From a virus (Duplodnaviria; Heunggongvirae; Uroviricota; Caudoviricetes), in the IMG/VR virus record IMGVR_UViG_3300015184_000033: a stretch of DNA of 45,562 nucleotides, one strand, 5' to 3'. The translations under genes were made by a program, and so were the position numbers. This document shows, in pieces, positions 28,733-37,253 of this stretch; the first letter of the stretch is position 1; each line of letters opens with the position of its first letter. The notes below the pieces were generated by a model. The model was not told where the DNA came from, made no database searches, and saw only the letters and a program-made list of their open reading frames with translations.

Positions 28733-29275
28733 TTACTCACCTCCTTTGATGCGAATGCCAGCGGCGCGTGGCACATTAACTTCCACGATGCGCACAGTTG
28801 GTTTGTACATCTCAATTGCTGTCAGCCAGTCAGCGCCAGTCATACGCTTTTCTGCATCGCCATTAGTCCACTTAACCGGTACACCAATAGCCTTCATAGC
28901 GATTTCTATTTCCCCGGCAATGGCGCTTTTTCCGCAACCAGTAAAACCAGAAACAACGACAAGAACTTCACCTTTGGCTGGTTTTATTTCCCGTGCTTCC
29001 AGCTCTGCAATGCGTTTGCTTTGTGCTTCCCGTTCATTCAGCAACGCCTGCACTACTTCTGGGTTGAAAGCTGCGATATAACGAGCGTTGTTCTCTGCGT
29101 TTTTCTGTCCGTCAAAGCCGGTCCATTTGATAACGTCTTCACATCGTTTATCACCGGGTGTATGCACCGCATATGTACCAGTACCCGACGAAATAAATGC
29201 GACCCATTCGCCTTGTGTTGCCTGTTTTGCTATCTCACGTAGCGCCTGATAATTAATTGCTGTGATGTTAGTCAT
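28733..29275 (-). CDS. Ead/Ea22-like protein; start at internal ATG 29275
   Basis: N-terminus MTNITAINYQALREIAKQATQGEW resembles Ea22-like early proteins; ATG overlaps stop of upstream ORF (ATGACTAA); the tracked 286-aa ORF has an implausible N-terminal extension. Confidence 0.45.
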   Translation of the reverse strand: MTNITAINYQALREIAKQATQGEWVAFISSGTGTYAVHTPGDKRCEDVIKWTGFDGQKNAENNARYIAAFNPEVVQALLNEREAQSKRIAELEAREIKPAKGEVLVVVSGFTGCGKSAIAGEIEIAMKAIGVPVKWTNGDAEKRMTGADWLTAIEMYKPTVRIVEVNVPRAAGIRIKGGE

Positions 29276-29609
29276 TCCAAGACTCCAGCTCTGTTTCAAT
29301 TTCTTTATCGATCTCATCGTTTGTGGCTTCTTCATCCAGATGGTCACGAGCCTCTTTACGATACTTTTCTCTATGCGCTTCATACCAGTTAGAAAACTCA
29401 GGCGACCAGCCAGTGTCCTTGCCGTCGTAGTCAAACTTGGCATTTTTCTCAGCCATGCTTTCAACCATGTTTTCAGCCGTAATAAGCCCCAATTCACGCA
29501 TCCCACGCAAAAAACTCTTACGCATGTGAGGACTAACTTTCGAATCACAAATAGGCTTAAATTTGATTTCCCAACGGCGAATACAACGTGCATTAAGTGA
29601 TTTGTTCAT
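29268..29609 (-). CDS. Hypothetical acidic protein
   Basis: 113-aa ORF with acidic C-terminus. Confidence 0.45.
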   Translation of the reverse strand: MNKSLNARCIRRWEIKFKPICDSKVSPHMRKSFLRGMRELGLITAENMVESMAEKNAKFDYDGKDTGWSPEFSNWYEAHREKYRKEARDHLDEEATNDEIDKEIETELESWND

Positions 29610-29611
29610 AG

Positions 29612-30295
29612 TTATGCTTCCTGAATACGCTTAAACTCAATTACCCATACCCACGGGTTAGATAGCCAGTTCTCTTGCCCGTAAATACCGCGCCAGATAT
29701 CACCAAAGCCAACGCGATAAACAGCTTCCGGCGGTGTAATCTTGTACGTCGCCGGAGATGCGCCTTCCGCTTTAGCATCTGCCTCGCTCATGTCATGCAG
29801 CCGTTCCACACGCACGTCGGTAATTTCCAGCAAAATACGCGAAGCCCAGCGCGGCATGTGAATTGATGGACGCCACCCACCATCAAACTTTTCATTCACA
29901 GTGTGAGGCTTCCAGTCGGCATCATCGGGTATCGACCATAAGCCATAATCCCCCGGTTTTTGCTCACAACTGGCCCGATAAATCCTTGCTGCGTTCTTCT
30001 CATCGCCACGACAAAGGTTGTCGTTCCAGTCCACACTGCAACCATCCTCATTGCCTAATATCGCCCACGCTTCACGGACCCATATGCGATCACCAACGTT
30101 ACCGAACGGGCATAAACCATATTCAGGTGCATCCATAACGTGGGTATAGACACCATTGCGTTTCTTTGTCGGTTTACGGATAACCAGGCAGTTATCGGCC
30201 CTGACATTTTTTACAGGTCGGCGAGTCTGCGTCTTCCTGCCTTCGAGGATGGCCCTGACCATCGCATCATTAAAAATCATGCCGCGCTCTTTCAT
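29612..30295 (-). CDS. ASCH-domain-like protein; start uncertain
   Basis: Motif MIFNDAMVRAILEGRKTQTRRP resembles ASCH GxKxxExR signature; start placed at ATG 30295 to avoid overlap with upstream gene. Confidence 0.45.
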   Translation of the reverse strand: MKERGMIFNDAMVRAILEGRKTQTRRPVKNVRADNCLVIRKPTKKRNGVYTHVMDAPEYGLCPFGNVGDRIWVREAWAILGNEDGCSVDWNDNLCRGDEKNAARIYRASCEQKPGDYGLWSIPDDADWKPHTVNEKFDGGWRPSIHMPRWASRILLEITDVRVERLHDMSEADAKAEGASPATYKITPPEAVYRVGFGDIWRGIYGQENWLSNPWVWVIEFKRIQEA

Positions 30296-30300
30296 CTTGC

Positions 30301-30666
30301 TCACTTCAACTCCTCCCGACGACGTTCCTGAAGCTCTAGCATTGCGGCTCGGAAATCCTGCCACCATTCCTCATCTGCAACGGGGGTGTTCCGCTCCAGC
30401 ACCTTGTCCGCATCGGCGATCAGGTTTGCCAGACTCTTGTCTGAAATCTTCGTTACCGGAGTCGTTGGTTGCTCAACCTGCCCGATAGGTTTTATCGTGC
30501 TCAAAAGGAGGCGACGGCGGGAAAGTGGTGCCCCACAACGACGGCCATCTTCCTTGCGATATGTTTCTTTCGGACCAACACACCAGGTTGTCGGCGTTTC
30601 GCGCAACTTCACTCTTTTCTCGCCATCATTGGTAATGATTATTCCGGTATGGGTTTTGATGCTCAT
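30301..30666 (-). CDS. Hypothetical protein
   Basis: 121-aa ORF; no recognised motif. Confidence 0.45.
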   Translation of the reverse strand: MSIKTHTGIIITNDGEKRVKLRETPTTWCVGPKETYRKEDGRRCGAPLSRRRLLLSTIKPIGQVEQPTTPVTKISDKSLANLIADADKVLERNTPVADEEWWQDFRAAMLELQERRREELK

Positions 30667-30965
30667 GCCACAGCCCCTCTCAACGGCTTAACTTTGGCTA
30701 ATAAGGTGTTAAACAACATGGAGTTAGGATTCATGCCAAATGGCAATTCCGGTTTAGCGGAGTAGTACAGGCAACCATTTATTTTCCTGGTTGTTATCTG
30801 TCCTTCGGCAACCATGCTTCTCAGTCTGCAACGCATAGAGTTCTGCGACACACCAATGTGCTCCGCGATTACGTCCACTTTTGAACATGGGTGATCGGTC
30901 AGGAAATTAATCACATCTTGGGGGTTAATAATTTTGCGTTTCATTGTCGAGGCGTCCTTATACAT
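30663..30965 (-). CDS. Winged-helix regulator, FaeA/PapI-like; true start may be Met8 (30944)
   Basis: Pattern KIINPQDVINFLTDHP...VDVIAEHIGVSQNSMRCRLRSMVAEGQI resembles FaeA-like wHTH proteins; annotated start overlaps the AT-rich motif. Confidence 0.45.
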   Translation of the reverse strand: MYKDASTMKRKIINPQDVINFLTDHPCSKVDVIAEHIGVSQNSMRCRLRSMVAEGQITTRKINGCLYYSAKPELPFGMNPNSMLFNTLLAKVKPLRGAVA

Positions 30966-31021
30966 TTATATAAATATATAATTCTATATACGGCGGGAGA
31001 CATCCCGCCGTAGGCTTACTG

Positions 31022-32089
31022 TCAGGCTTTCAATAGCGATTCTTTCAGATATCGGGCATCAGCCAGGGCGTTTGGAGTAATCTTGCGAACCCATGCATTA
31101 CGGGTTGGACTCCACTTAAAGGCGCGTGATTTAAGCAGCGAACGAATGTTTGCCTCTGGTTTGCCAGGGAAATAAAACAGGATGCGGTTATCCTCTGGAT
31201 CTATCTCCATAGAAAAGCCGTCGTATTCTTCGCACTGTGCTCCTGTTACAGACTTGACCGATTCAAGCTCCTTAATACGGCTCTGTAGTCGTTTGATTTC
31301 GGCCTTATTGTTGCTCAGTGCGTATGAAGGGAATCCGATGTGCCCACAGAAATCTCCGGACAGTAACTCTTTGGCTTCGCTTTCTGTAAACCTGAGATCG
31401 ATTAATGCAGAAAGCTGCTGTAATTGGTCTTTTTTGTATTTGCGAATGGCCTTATTTGCGGCCTTCATTTTGACGTGTGACTTCATGCAGCCTTGCAGCT
31501 TACGAAGCAACTTAAATAGCGCATCAGGATCATCAGACGAAATTCCATTACGACCAACACCTGCGGCTTTGCTCTCGTAGTGTGATGCTCTACTTTCGCA
31601 TTCAACAAACGCTTTTCTGAATAACGCATCAGCTTTAGACAAACGGCGGCGATGGCCTTTCGCGCTATAATGGTCAACTAAAATCGGCTGGCCTAACGGG
31701 ATCACATCCAACAGGTCATGCGCTCGCTTATGCGCTACCGCACCTTCTTTTCTGGCTTTTTCTGCACGAGCAATATATCGGGCAAGACGCGCGTTCTGGC
31801 GTTCCTGATAGGTGTTTACGTAATCATCTCCGCGCTGCTGCTGTTCAAGCCATGCTTTACGAAGATCTTCTGTTACGTCCACCAGCTCCGCAGGGATACA
31901 ACCAGTTTGGGCTTCATAAGAGTAACCATCCTCATAGATACGCCCATCGTCTTCAACAAAGAAAAAGGTTTCGTGCTCATCGCTTTTGACCATACGACCA
32001 TTAACATGGCGTAATAGGTAGCCAGTATCAGTGCTTAACAGGCTGTTAGGGTTGTTGATCCAGTCAGAAATAATTACTTGTTTATTCAT
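31022..32089 (-). CDS. DUF3560-like protein (function unknown), first gene after cassette copy 2
   Basis: 355-aa ORF; C-terminal LLKSRAFKWSPTRNAWVRK recalled as DUF3560-type; ATG preceded by conserved leader. Confidence 0.45.
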   Translation of the reverse strand: MNKQVIISDWINNPNSLLSTDTGYLLRHVNGRMVKSDEHETFFFVEDDGRIYEDGYSYEAQTGCIPAELVDVTEDLRKAWLEQQQRGDDYVNTYQERQNARLARYIARAEKARKEGAVAHKRAHDLLDVIPLGQPILVDHYSAKGHRRRLSKADALFRKAFVECESRASHYESKAAGVGRNGISSDDPDALFKLLRKLQGCMKSHVKMKAANKAIRKYKKDQLQQLSALIDLRFTESEAKELLSGDFCGHIGFPSYALSNNKAEIKRLQSRIKELESVKSVTGAQCEEYDGFSMEIDPEDNRILFYFPGKPEANIRSLLKSRAFKWSPTRNAWVRKITPNALADARYLKESLLKA

Positions 32090-32215
32090 CAGATTTCTCC
32101 GGTTTAACCAGGGCGGGTATCGCTCGGTTTCGGGTATAACCTTAGGAAATTTTTTCCCACCTGTAAAGCACTTTTTATATAAATCTATAATTATATATTT
32201 ATAGATTTTCGATGT
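32090..32215 (-). promoter_or_regulatory. Conserved promoter/leader cassette, copy 2
   Basis: Identical to copy 3 from tctccggtttaacc through ttatataaatctataattatata; candidate -35 TTTACA and -10 TAAGGT; immediately downstream of Q-like gene. Confidence 0.55.
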
Positions 32216-32258
32216 TCACGATGTCTACACACCATCAAAACAGCTCAAAATGACACTT

Positions 32259-32636
32259 TTACTCTCTTCGCTTTTTCAAATAGTCGACAACATACGCCCT
32301 GGCTTTTGCCAGCTTCCGGCGATACTGTCTGAGACTAAGAGAAAGGGCGTGGGCTTTATCAATATGCGGTGCATTTATGTCGAGGCCCCGAATCTCCCAC
32401 GCCCCGTATTCAATTCGGACAACCAGCGCCGCAGTCTCATCAACTACCGTGAGGGCCGTCACCGCTCCCTCGATACTGGTTTCCAGTGAGTCATTTGGTG
32501 CGCCGCCCCCTCCGGTAAACTGGCAACGCGTAACCATCATCATTTCTAACATCGACGCGAAACCGCTACGGGCGTTGCAGCCATTGCGCACCCACAGCGC
32601 CCATAGCTCAAACAAGCTATCCAGATCGCGTCTCAC
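32259..32636 (-). CDS. Possible Q-like antiterminator (QuuD/Q21-like), tentative
   Basis: 125-aa ORF; N-terminal MRRDLDSLFELWALWVRNG resembles remembered QuuD start; position at end of nin-like block before a promoter cassette. Confidence 0.35.
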   Translation of the reverse strand: MRRDLDSLFELWALWVRNGCNARSGFASMLEMMMVTRCQFTGGGGAPNDSLETSIEGAVTALTVVDETAALVVRIEYGAWEIRGLDINAPHIDKAHALSLSLRQYRRKLAKARAYVVDYLKKRRE

Positions 32637-32639
32637 TGT

Positions 32640-32972
32640 TCAGATCTCCCGTATCGTGACGGGATAAAGCGCCTCTACCTGCTTTTTCTTCATGATGTAG
32701 ACGTCTGTTCGCACACCTTTAGTGTCGACACAATCAATCGTCCCATCGTCATAAAACACCATGAAATCAAGTTTATAAACGACACCACCAGGCAGATGAA
32801 AAGGCACCTGCATAAGAAACGTCACAACGCGGCCAGCTTTTCTCAGTAGCTTCAGTTCGCAGTAGTAATCAGCCTCTTTTTTGCTATCAAAAGCGATATC
32901 ATCGACAACAGTTTTTTTATTGCCGTATTTGCTTTTCCTGGTCGCTGGTTTGCGAAAGCCGGTATATCTCAT
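32640..32972 (-). CDS. DUF1064-like phage protein
   Basis: 110-aa ORF with KYGNKKTVVDDIAFDSKKEADYY motif typical of DUF1064. Confidence 0.55.
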   Translation of the reverse strand: MRYTGFRKPATRKSKYGNKKTVVDDIAFDSKKEADYYCELKLLRKAGRVVTFLMQVPFHLPGGVVYKLDFMVFYDDGTIDCVDTKGVRTDVYIMKKKQVEALYPVTIREI

Positions 32973-33373
32973 TTGGTATCCCCTGGTACTTCACCAAGAC
33001 TAAGATCAAACCCAATTTCGTCTTTAACTGACTGCGGCAACAGCTCCCACGTCTGCGCACACAAAAATTCATCGGTGCCATAACGCTCAACAAAGCGAGC
33101 ACAATTACTCAGGGGAGGGTGACGAACGGCAATATGCGGAGGCACGCGCCCACCACCAGGCACAACACCGCGATGATGTGGTGCGCACAACCCAAAGCTA
33201 TGGAAGTGGCAATTCTCATCAACGCTGCCGTAATCAGGATCGTGATGTAGCTCCGTCCACAGCTCTGGATTCTCAATTTCACGGCCATCAATAATGCAAG
33301 CTATGCAACCCACGTGAGTGAGCACCGCTTGTATATAAAGTTTCTCTTTCTTCGTTGGTGTACGTCCGTTCAT
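32969..33373 (-). CDS. Cys/His-rich protein (possible zinc-binding nuclease-like)
   Basis: 134-aa ORF with CIACI, HHDPDYG, CHFHSFGLCAPHH clusters. Confidence 0.4.
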   Translation of the reverse strand: MNGRTPTKKEKLYIQAVLTHVGCIACIIDGREIENPELWTELHHDPDYGSVDENCHFHSFGLCAPHHRGVVPGGGRVPPHIAVRHPPLSNCARFVERYGTDEFLCAQTWELLPQSVKDEIGFDLSLGEVPGDTK

Positions 33374-33606
33374 CAGCGCCCCTTACCATTGATAAAGAGG
33401 TTGAACTCGTTGATTAACTGGACATACATGCTTCTGGCCGCGTAGTTCTTTGCCAGCTCTTTACGGGATGAGATCCCGCAAAACTCACGCAGAATCACAG
33501 AGGCCTCAGAACTGTTTGAAACGTTCTTCCCTGTTTTACTGGTCAGAAAGCGCCAGAATTGGGGATTCTGGCAATGCATCGCAGCACCGCGAACATAACT
33601 ACTCAT
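33373..33606 (-). CDS. Hypothetical protein
   Basis: 77-aa ORF, start overlaps stop of upstream gene. Confidence 0.35.
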   Translation of the reverse strand: MSSYVRGAAMHCQNPQFWRFLTSKTGKNVSNSSEASVILREFCGISSRKELAKNYAARSMYVQLINEFNLFINGKGR

Positions 33607-34118
33607 TGATGGCCCCCGTCATTTCTGGTGCTTTTCACCGTGCGGCTTCTTAAAAACCTGCCATCACGAACAACAGACACTTCTCGTTTACCCAACCTCA
33701 TTTCACGGCGGTAACATTCAGAAAATGCCTCGTCCGGCATCATATAAATGCGACGCTTCGCCTCCGTATCCAGAAGGGAACGGCTTGGGGTTACATATAA
33801 AAACGACTCATCAATAGGGACAAAACCACGAGCAAGAATTACTGGCAGAATGCCAGGAAGAACGCAGAAAACAGCTCCACGATGCAGCAACATCTGGTAC
33901 TCCATGACCTCCGTTATCCCCGTGACTACTGTTACGGTGTCACGTCTGTTACGGCTGGCAACCAGTCGCTGCACACGTCCAATTTTCTGATCTACAGATA
34001 GATGTTTGCTATCGTTATCAATATGATCGATAACAAATCCTTTAATCGTTTGATCAAGGTAGTGCACCACCTTCGATTGAATCTGGTGATTATCACCAAA
34101 GAAGGCCAGAATCATCAT
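33603..34118 (-). CDS. Hypothetical protein (nin-like region)
   Basis: 171-aa ORF translationally coupled to the Cro-like gene. Confidence 0.45.
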   Translation of the reverse strand: MMILAFFGDNHQIQSKVVHYLDQTIKGFVIDHIDNDSKHLSVDQKIGRVQRLVASRNRRDTVTVVTGITEVMEYQMLLHRGAVFCVLPGILPVILARGFVPIDESFLYVTPSRSLLDTEAKRRIYMMPDEAFSECYRREMRLGKREVSVVRDGRFLRSRTVKSTRNDGGHQ

Positions 34119-34609
34119 TCCTCAAGCCTCCCAAGTGCTGAACGCCGGGCGTTGCTAATCTCCTTATGAATCAGCTCGATATCGCTGGAATCTTTATTCT
34201 TAAGCTCCAGCACGGTAATCGCATCACGAACCTCTGAAACGGTTACGTGTGAGTGTTTCCAGCGAGCAATGAATCGCGGACCGCGTAGATTGCAACGCTC
34301 CGCAGGCATCCCCAGCTCAGAGAAAACCGCTTTCAGCCTTGATAAGCAGTTAACAGGGAGATTCCCTTTGATCTTGTTCTGCCGAACCGATGTGCCATCG
34401 CTACGCTGGCGCTGACGTTCGGCAAAATCTGCCGCCCATTGCTGGACGTTAATCCGGCCTTCCGAATACGCCACCAGCAGCGTCAGGTTATCCGCACGAG
34501 GGAATCTCTCGAAGCGATACCAGGCACCAATCAGTGATGACGTAAAGCCAAACTTTCTGGCAACACCAATTTGGCCTCCATTTTCGTCAACCCACTCCTG
34601 AAAGGTCAT
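34115..34609 (-). CDS. Cro/YdaS-like HTH regulator, divergent from cI-like gene
   Basis: 164-aa ORF; N-terminal GGQIGVARKFGFTSSLIGAWYR resembles YdaS/Cro-type HTH. Confidence 0.5.
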   Translation of the reverse strand: MTFQEWVDENGGQIGVARKFGFTSSLIGAWYRFERFPRADNLTLLVAYSEGRINVQQWAADFAERQRQRSDGTSVRQNKIKGNLPVNCLSRLKAVFSELGMPAERCNLRGPRFIARWKHSHVTVSEVRDAITVLELKNKDSSDIELIHKEISNARRSALGRLEE

Positions 34610-34628
34610 TTAACGAACTCCAGTTAAA

Positions 34629-34746
34629 ACCACGATATGTGGTATTAAAACCACATATCGTGAGTTTTTCAATGGGCGAAACAAAAAATAACCTTCTATT
34701 TGTGGTCCACCTCTCGTCTTACCATGTGAAAACCACTAAATGTGGT
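34629..34746. promoter_or_regulatory. Operator cluster between divergent Cro-like and cI-like genes (ACCAC-N5-GTGGT sites)
   Basis: ACCACGATATGTGGT at 34629-34643, ACCACATATCGTGAG at 34650-34664, ACCACTAAATGTGGT at 34732-34746, plus GTGGTCCAC at about 34702. Confidence 0.6.
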
Positions 34747-34783
34747 AATGTATAAAGAACCCACCATTCACGATTGATGAGAC

Positions 34784-35440
34784 ATGAAAAGCAACGACGA
34801 GAACATCAAGAAAGAAATAGGTCTGCGCATTCAGACTCTACGGAAACAATCCGGCATGACTGCCGGAGATCTCCAGCAAGTCACTGGAATAGGCTTAAGC
34901 ACCTTGCAGAACTATGAGGCCGGATTAAGACAACCATCTATACCTGCCATCAAGAAAATCGCGCACGCCCTGAAAGCATCAGCGCCTTATATCGCGTGCT
35001 TAACAGATAACCCGTTCCCACCCCAGAATACTAACGCTCCTGTTATTCCTGGGCTTGTAGCTATAAAAAATGACATAGCATCGCACGCCGGAGAAAAGCC
35101 AGTGCTGGCGATAGAACAGGAGATTCTACGAAGCAAGAACATCAACCCATCGTCTCTGTCAGTTCTCCAGAGCAACGATGAGTTAATGTCACCAACAATA
35201 TCCCCTGGCTCCCAAGTCCTGATTAATACAGACGATACAGAGATTCATGAGGGGATCTATGCCCTTGAAGACAGAAATGGCCTGGTTGTTTTGAGGCACT
35301 GTAGAGTCATACCGGGTGACAATGCTGTTATGCTGTCAACCGAAAGGGATGCTGAAATGAACACTAAGCATCTGAATAACGAGGAATTTAAGCGTTATAA
35401 AGTTCTTGGCCGCGTAGTTAGTGTTGTCAACTGGTTATGA
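34784..35440 (+). CDS. cI-like repressor (HTH_XRE plus LexA-type S24 autopeptidase domain)
   Basis: 218-aa ORF; N-terminal HTH (LRKQSGMTAGDLQQVTGIGLSTLQNYEAG), C-terminal domain with MSPTISPG serine motif and a downstream Lys. Confidence 0.8.
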   Translation: MKSNDENIKKEIGLRIQTLRKQSGMTAGDLQQVTGIGLSTLQNYEAGLRQPSIPAIKKIAHALKASAPYIACLTDNPFPPQNTNAPVIPGLVAIKNDIASHAGEKPVLAIEQEILRSKNINPSSLSVLQSNDELMSPTISPGSQVLINTDDTEIHEGIYALEDRNGLVVLRHCRVIPGDNAVMLSTERDAEMNTKHLNNEEFKRYKVLGRVVSVVNWL

Positions 35441-35482
35441 TACACAGCACGGCGAAAGCCGTGCATTTCTACGCTCAAAAAA

Positions 35483-35497
35483 ACCACATTTTGTGGT
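35483..35497. promoter_or_regulatory. Operator-like palindrome ACCACATTTTGTGGT downstream of cI-like gene
   Basis: Same dyad as the immunity-region operators; also a hairpin. Confidence 0.45.
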
Positions 35498-35532
35498 TTT
35501 GACAACATGTAAAAGTATAAAAGAGGCTACGC

Positions 35533-35907
35533 ATGGAATTACATACAGCCAATAAAAACGAAACTCTGATCACTGCTGGAATCGAAATCCAAGCGTTGAA
35601 CATAGCGATTGAGTGTATGTTATGCCAAATCATTGATAATGAGAAAGATATCGACTGGATAGAATCTATCCTTCATCTGGCATCAGAACAAAAAGTCTGC
35701 CTCAAAACGGCCTTACAATACGATGTGCCAGCGGTATCGAAGCTGTGCCAGCCATTGATGGCATATAACAGGGCTATTATTTCTGTATGCCTCATGATTC
35801 TTGATGAAAACACCCCTCTTAGCGACCGCTCAGAAGCTGCTCTAACCCTCTCACGTAAACAGCGACAGCTAGCAAATCAACTGATATCAACGATAGCTGA
35901 CCTCTGA
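35533..35907 (+). CDS. Hypothetical protein
   Basis: 124-aa ORF downstream of cI-like gene; followed by hairpin. Confidence 0.5.
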   Translation: MELHTANKNETLITAGIEIQALNIAIECMLCQIIDNEKDIDWIESILHLASEQKVCLKTALQYDVPAVSKLCQPLMAYNRAIISVCLMILDENTPLSDRSEAALTLSRKQRQLANQLISTIADL

Positions 35908-35911
35908 CTGC

Positions 35912-35931
35912 AAGCGGGCTAACGCCCGCTT
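35912..35931 (+). terminator. Putative terminator hairpin
   Basis: AAGCGGGC-TAAC-GCCCGCTT followed by A/T-rich tract. Confidence 0.45.
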
Positions 35932-36036
35932 ATATGATTATAGATTTATATAATTATATAAAACGCTTTTCATCCGCCAAAAAGTTGGTTATGCTTACCT
36001 CGTTCTATAAATATAGATTTATAGAATTATATAACC
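35929..36036. repeat. Two copies of the AT-rich ATAGATTTATATAA-type motif upstream of parF (candidate centromere/operator)
   Basis: gattatagatttatataattatataaaa (35929-35966) and ctataaatatagatttatagaattatataa (36003-36036); third copy at 36709-36743. Confidence 0.5.
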
Positions 36037-36057
36037 AAACACATGGAGTCTCGACAA

Positions 36058-36711
36058 ATGACTATCTCTGTAGGTATTTTCAACGGAAAAGGCGGCGTAA
36101 CCAAATCAACAATTGCCCGTGCTTTAGCAGTTGCTTATGCAAAGGCCGGCTGGAATGTATGCCTGATCGATATGGATGTGCTTAACGGAACGGTAACGCG
36201 TTGGGTACAACGCAGAATGGCCAACAATATCGAACCAGCAATCGCGGCACAGCCGTGCGGCACACCATCACAAGTCCAGAAAATCATCGAATCAGAAGTA
36301 TACGACCTGGTTATCGTAGATGGCGGTGCCTACGCATCTGAATCAGTACCGAAGCTCTCTGAATTTCTGGATATGGTTATTTTGCCAACCAGATTCTCTA
36401 CCGATGACCTGGAAACCACCGTTAACACAGCTCACGGCATCGTTAAAAAGGGTGTACCAATCAAGAAAATTTGCATGGTGTTTTCCGGCGCGGCTGAAAA
36501 CGAAGCTGACTATATTGAAGCCCAAGAGTACCTGGCTAATACGCCATACTTTGTTGTCGATAAGTACATTCCCCACAAGCCAGCTCTGAGCAAAGCTCAG
36601 GATAAGGGCTTAAGCCTCATTGAGTGCTCATACGTTGCGCCACGCAAAAAGGCAGACGACGTTATTCAGGGGATTATCAACCAGCTTGAGGCTCTGACTA
36701 CTGCCGCGTAA
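36058..36711 (+). CDS. ParA/ParF-type partition ATPase
   Basis: Deviant Walker A GKGGVTKST near N-terminus; start placed at ATG 36058 with GGAG 9 nt upstream; about 217 aa as for small type-Ib ParA. Confidence 0.85.
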   Translation: MTISVGIFNGKGGVTKSTIARALAVAYAKAGWNVCLIDMDVLNGTVTRWVQRRMANNIEPAIAAQPCGTPSQVQKIIESEVYDLVIVDGGAYASESVPKLSEFLDMVILPTRFSTDDLETTVNTAHGIVKKGVPIKKICMVFSGAAENEADYIEAQEYLANTPYFVVDKYIPHKPALSKAQDKGLSLIECSYVAPRKKADDVIQGIINQLEALTTAA

Positions 36712-36754
36712 TATATAATTATAGTTTTATAGATTTATATAAGAGGGGATACAC

Positions 36755-37003
36755 ATGGCCGCACCATCAAAACCACCAAAGAAGAACAGCAAAGGCGTAC
36801 CGCCATCGATCGAACAACCGCAAGTTTTCGACCCGACTGAAACGCCAGCCAGAACCAAATCAGGTGGGGCACAAATGGCGTTTAACGTCGACCCTGAATT
36901 TAAACGCGAGTACAAAACGTTCGCCAGCTCAATGGATATGTCATTGAAAGAAGTGCTGACAAAATCTTTTGAGTTACTCAAGGCTCAATACAACCAGAAG
37001 TAA
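36755..37003 (+). CDS. ParG-like ribbon-helix-helix partition/centromere-binding protein
   Basis: 82-aa ORF directly after ParA; C-terminus AFNVDPEFKREYKTFASSMDMSLKEVLTKSFELLK parallels remembered ParG RHH region. Confidence 0.6.
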   Translation: MAAPSKPPKKNSKGVPPSIEQPQVFDPTETPARTKSGGAQMAFNVDPEFKREYKTFASSMDMSLKEVLTKSFELLKAQYNQK

Positions 37004-37065
37004 GAGAAGGTGACGGCCTCCAGCGCCAACTGTTGGCCGTCGCGACACAACAAGGGGAATTTGTT

Positions 37066-37215
37066 ATGTCCGAGCAACAATATACACGGTTACTGAAAAC
37101 TCGTCTAACCGACCTCAAACGGCTGCAAGCTGGTCGCTTATTTGCCCTGCTATCCACCAGGCCAGAATGGGTACGTGAAGCAGTTCTAAAAGGCTTAATG
37201 CGCTCCAGCGTTTAA
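37066..37215 (+). CDS. Hypothetical small protein
   Basis: 49-aa ORF from ATG 37066 with AAGGGGAA upstream. Confidence 0.35.
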   Translation: MSEQQYTRLLKTRLTDLKRLQAGRLFALLSTRPEWVREAVLKGLMRSSV

Positions 37216-37230
37216 ATTCAACCATAAAAA

Positions 37231-37248
37231 AGGCCCCCGAAGGGGCCT
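37231..37248 (-). terminator. Intrinsic terminator hairpin
   Basis: AGGCCCC-CGAA-GGGGCCT; on the minus strand followed by TTTTTATGG. Confidence 0.55.
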
Positions 37249-37253
37249 AATCG

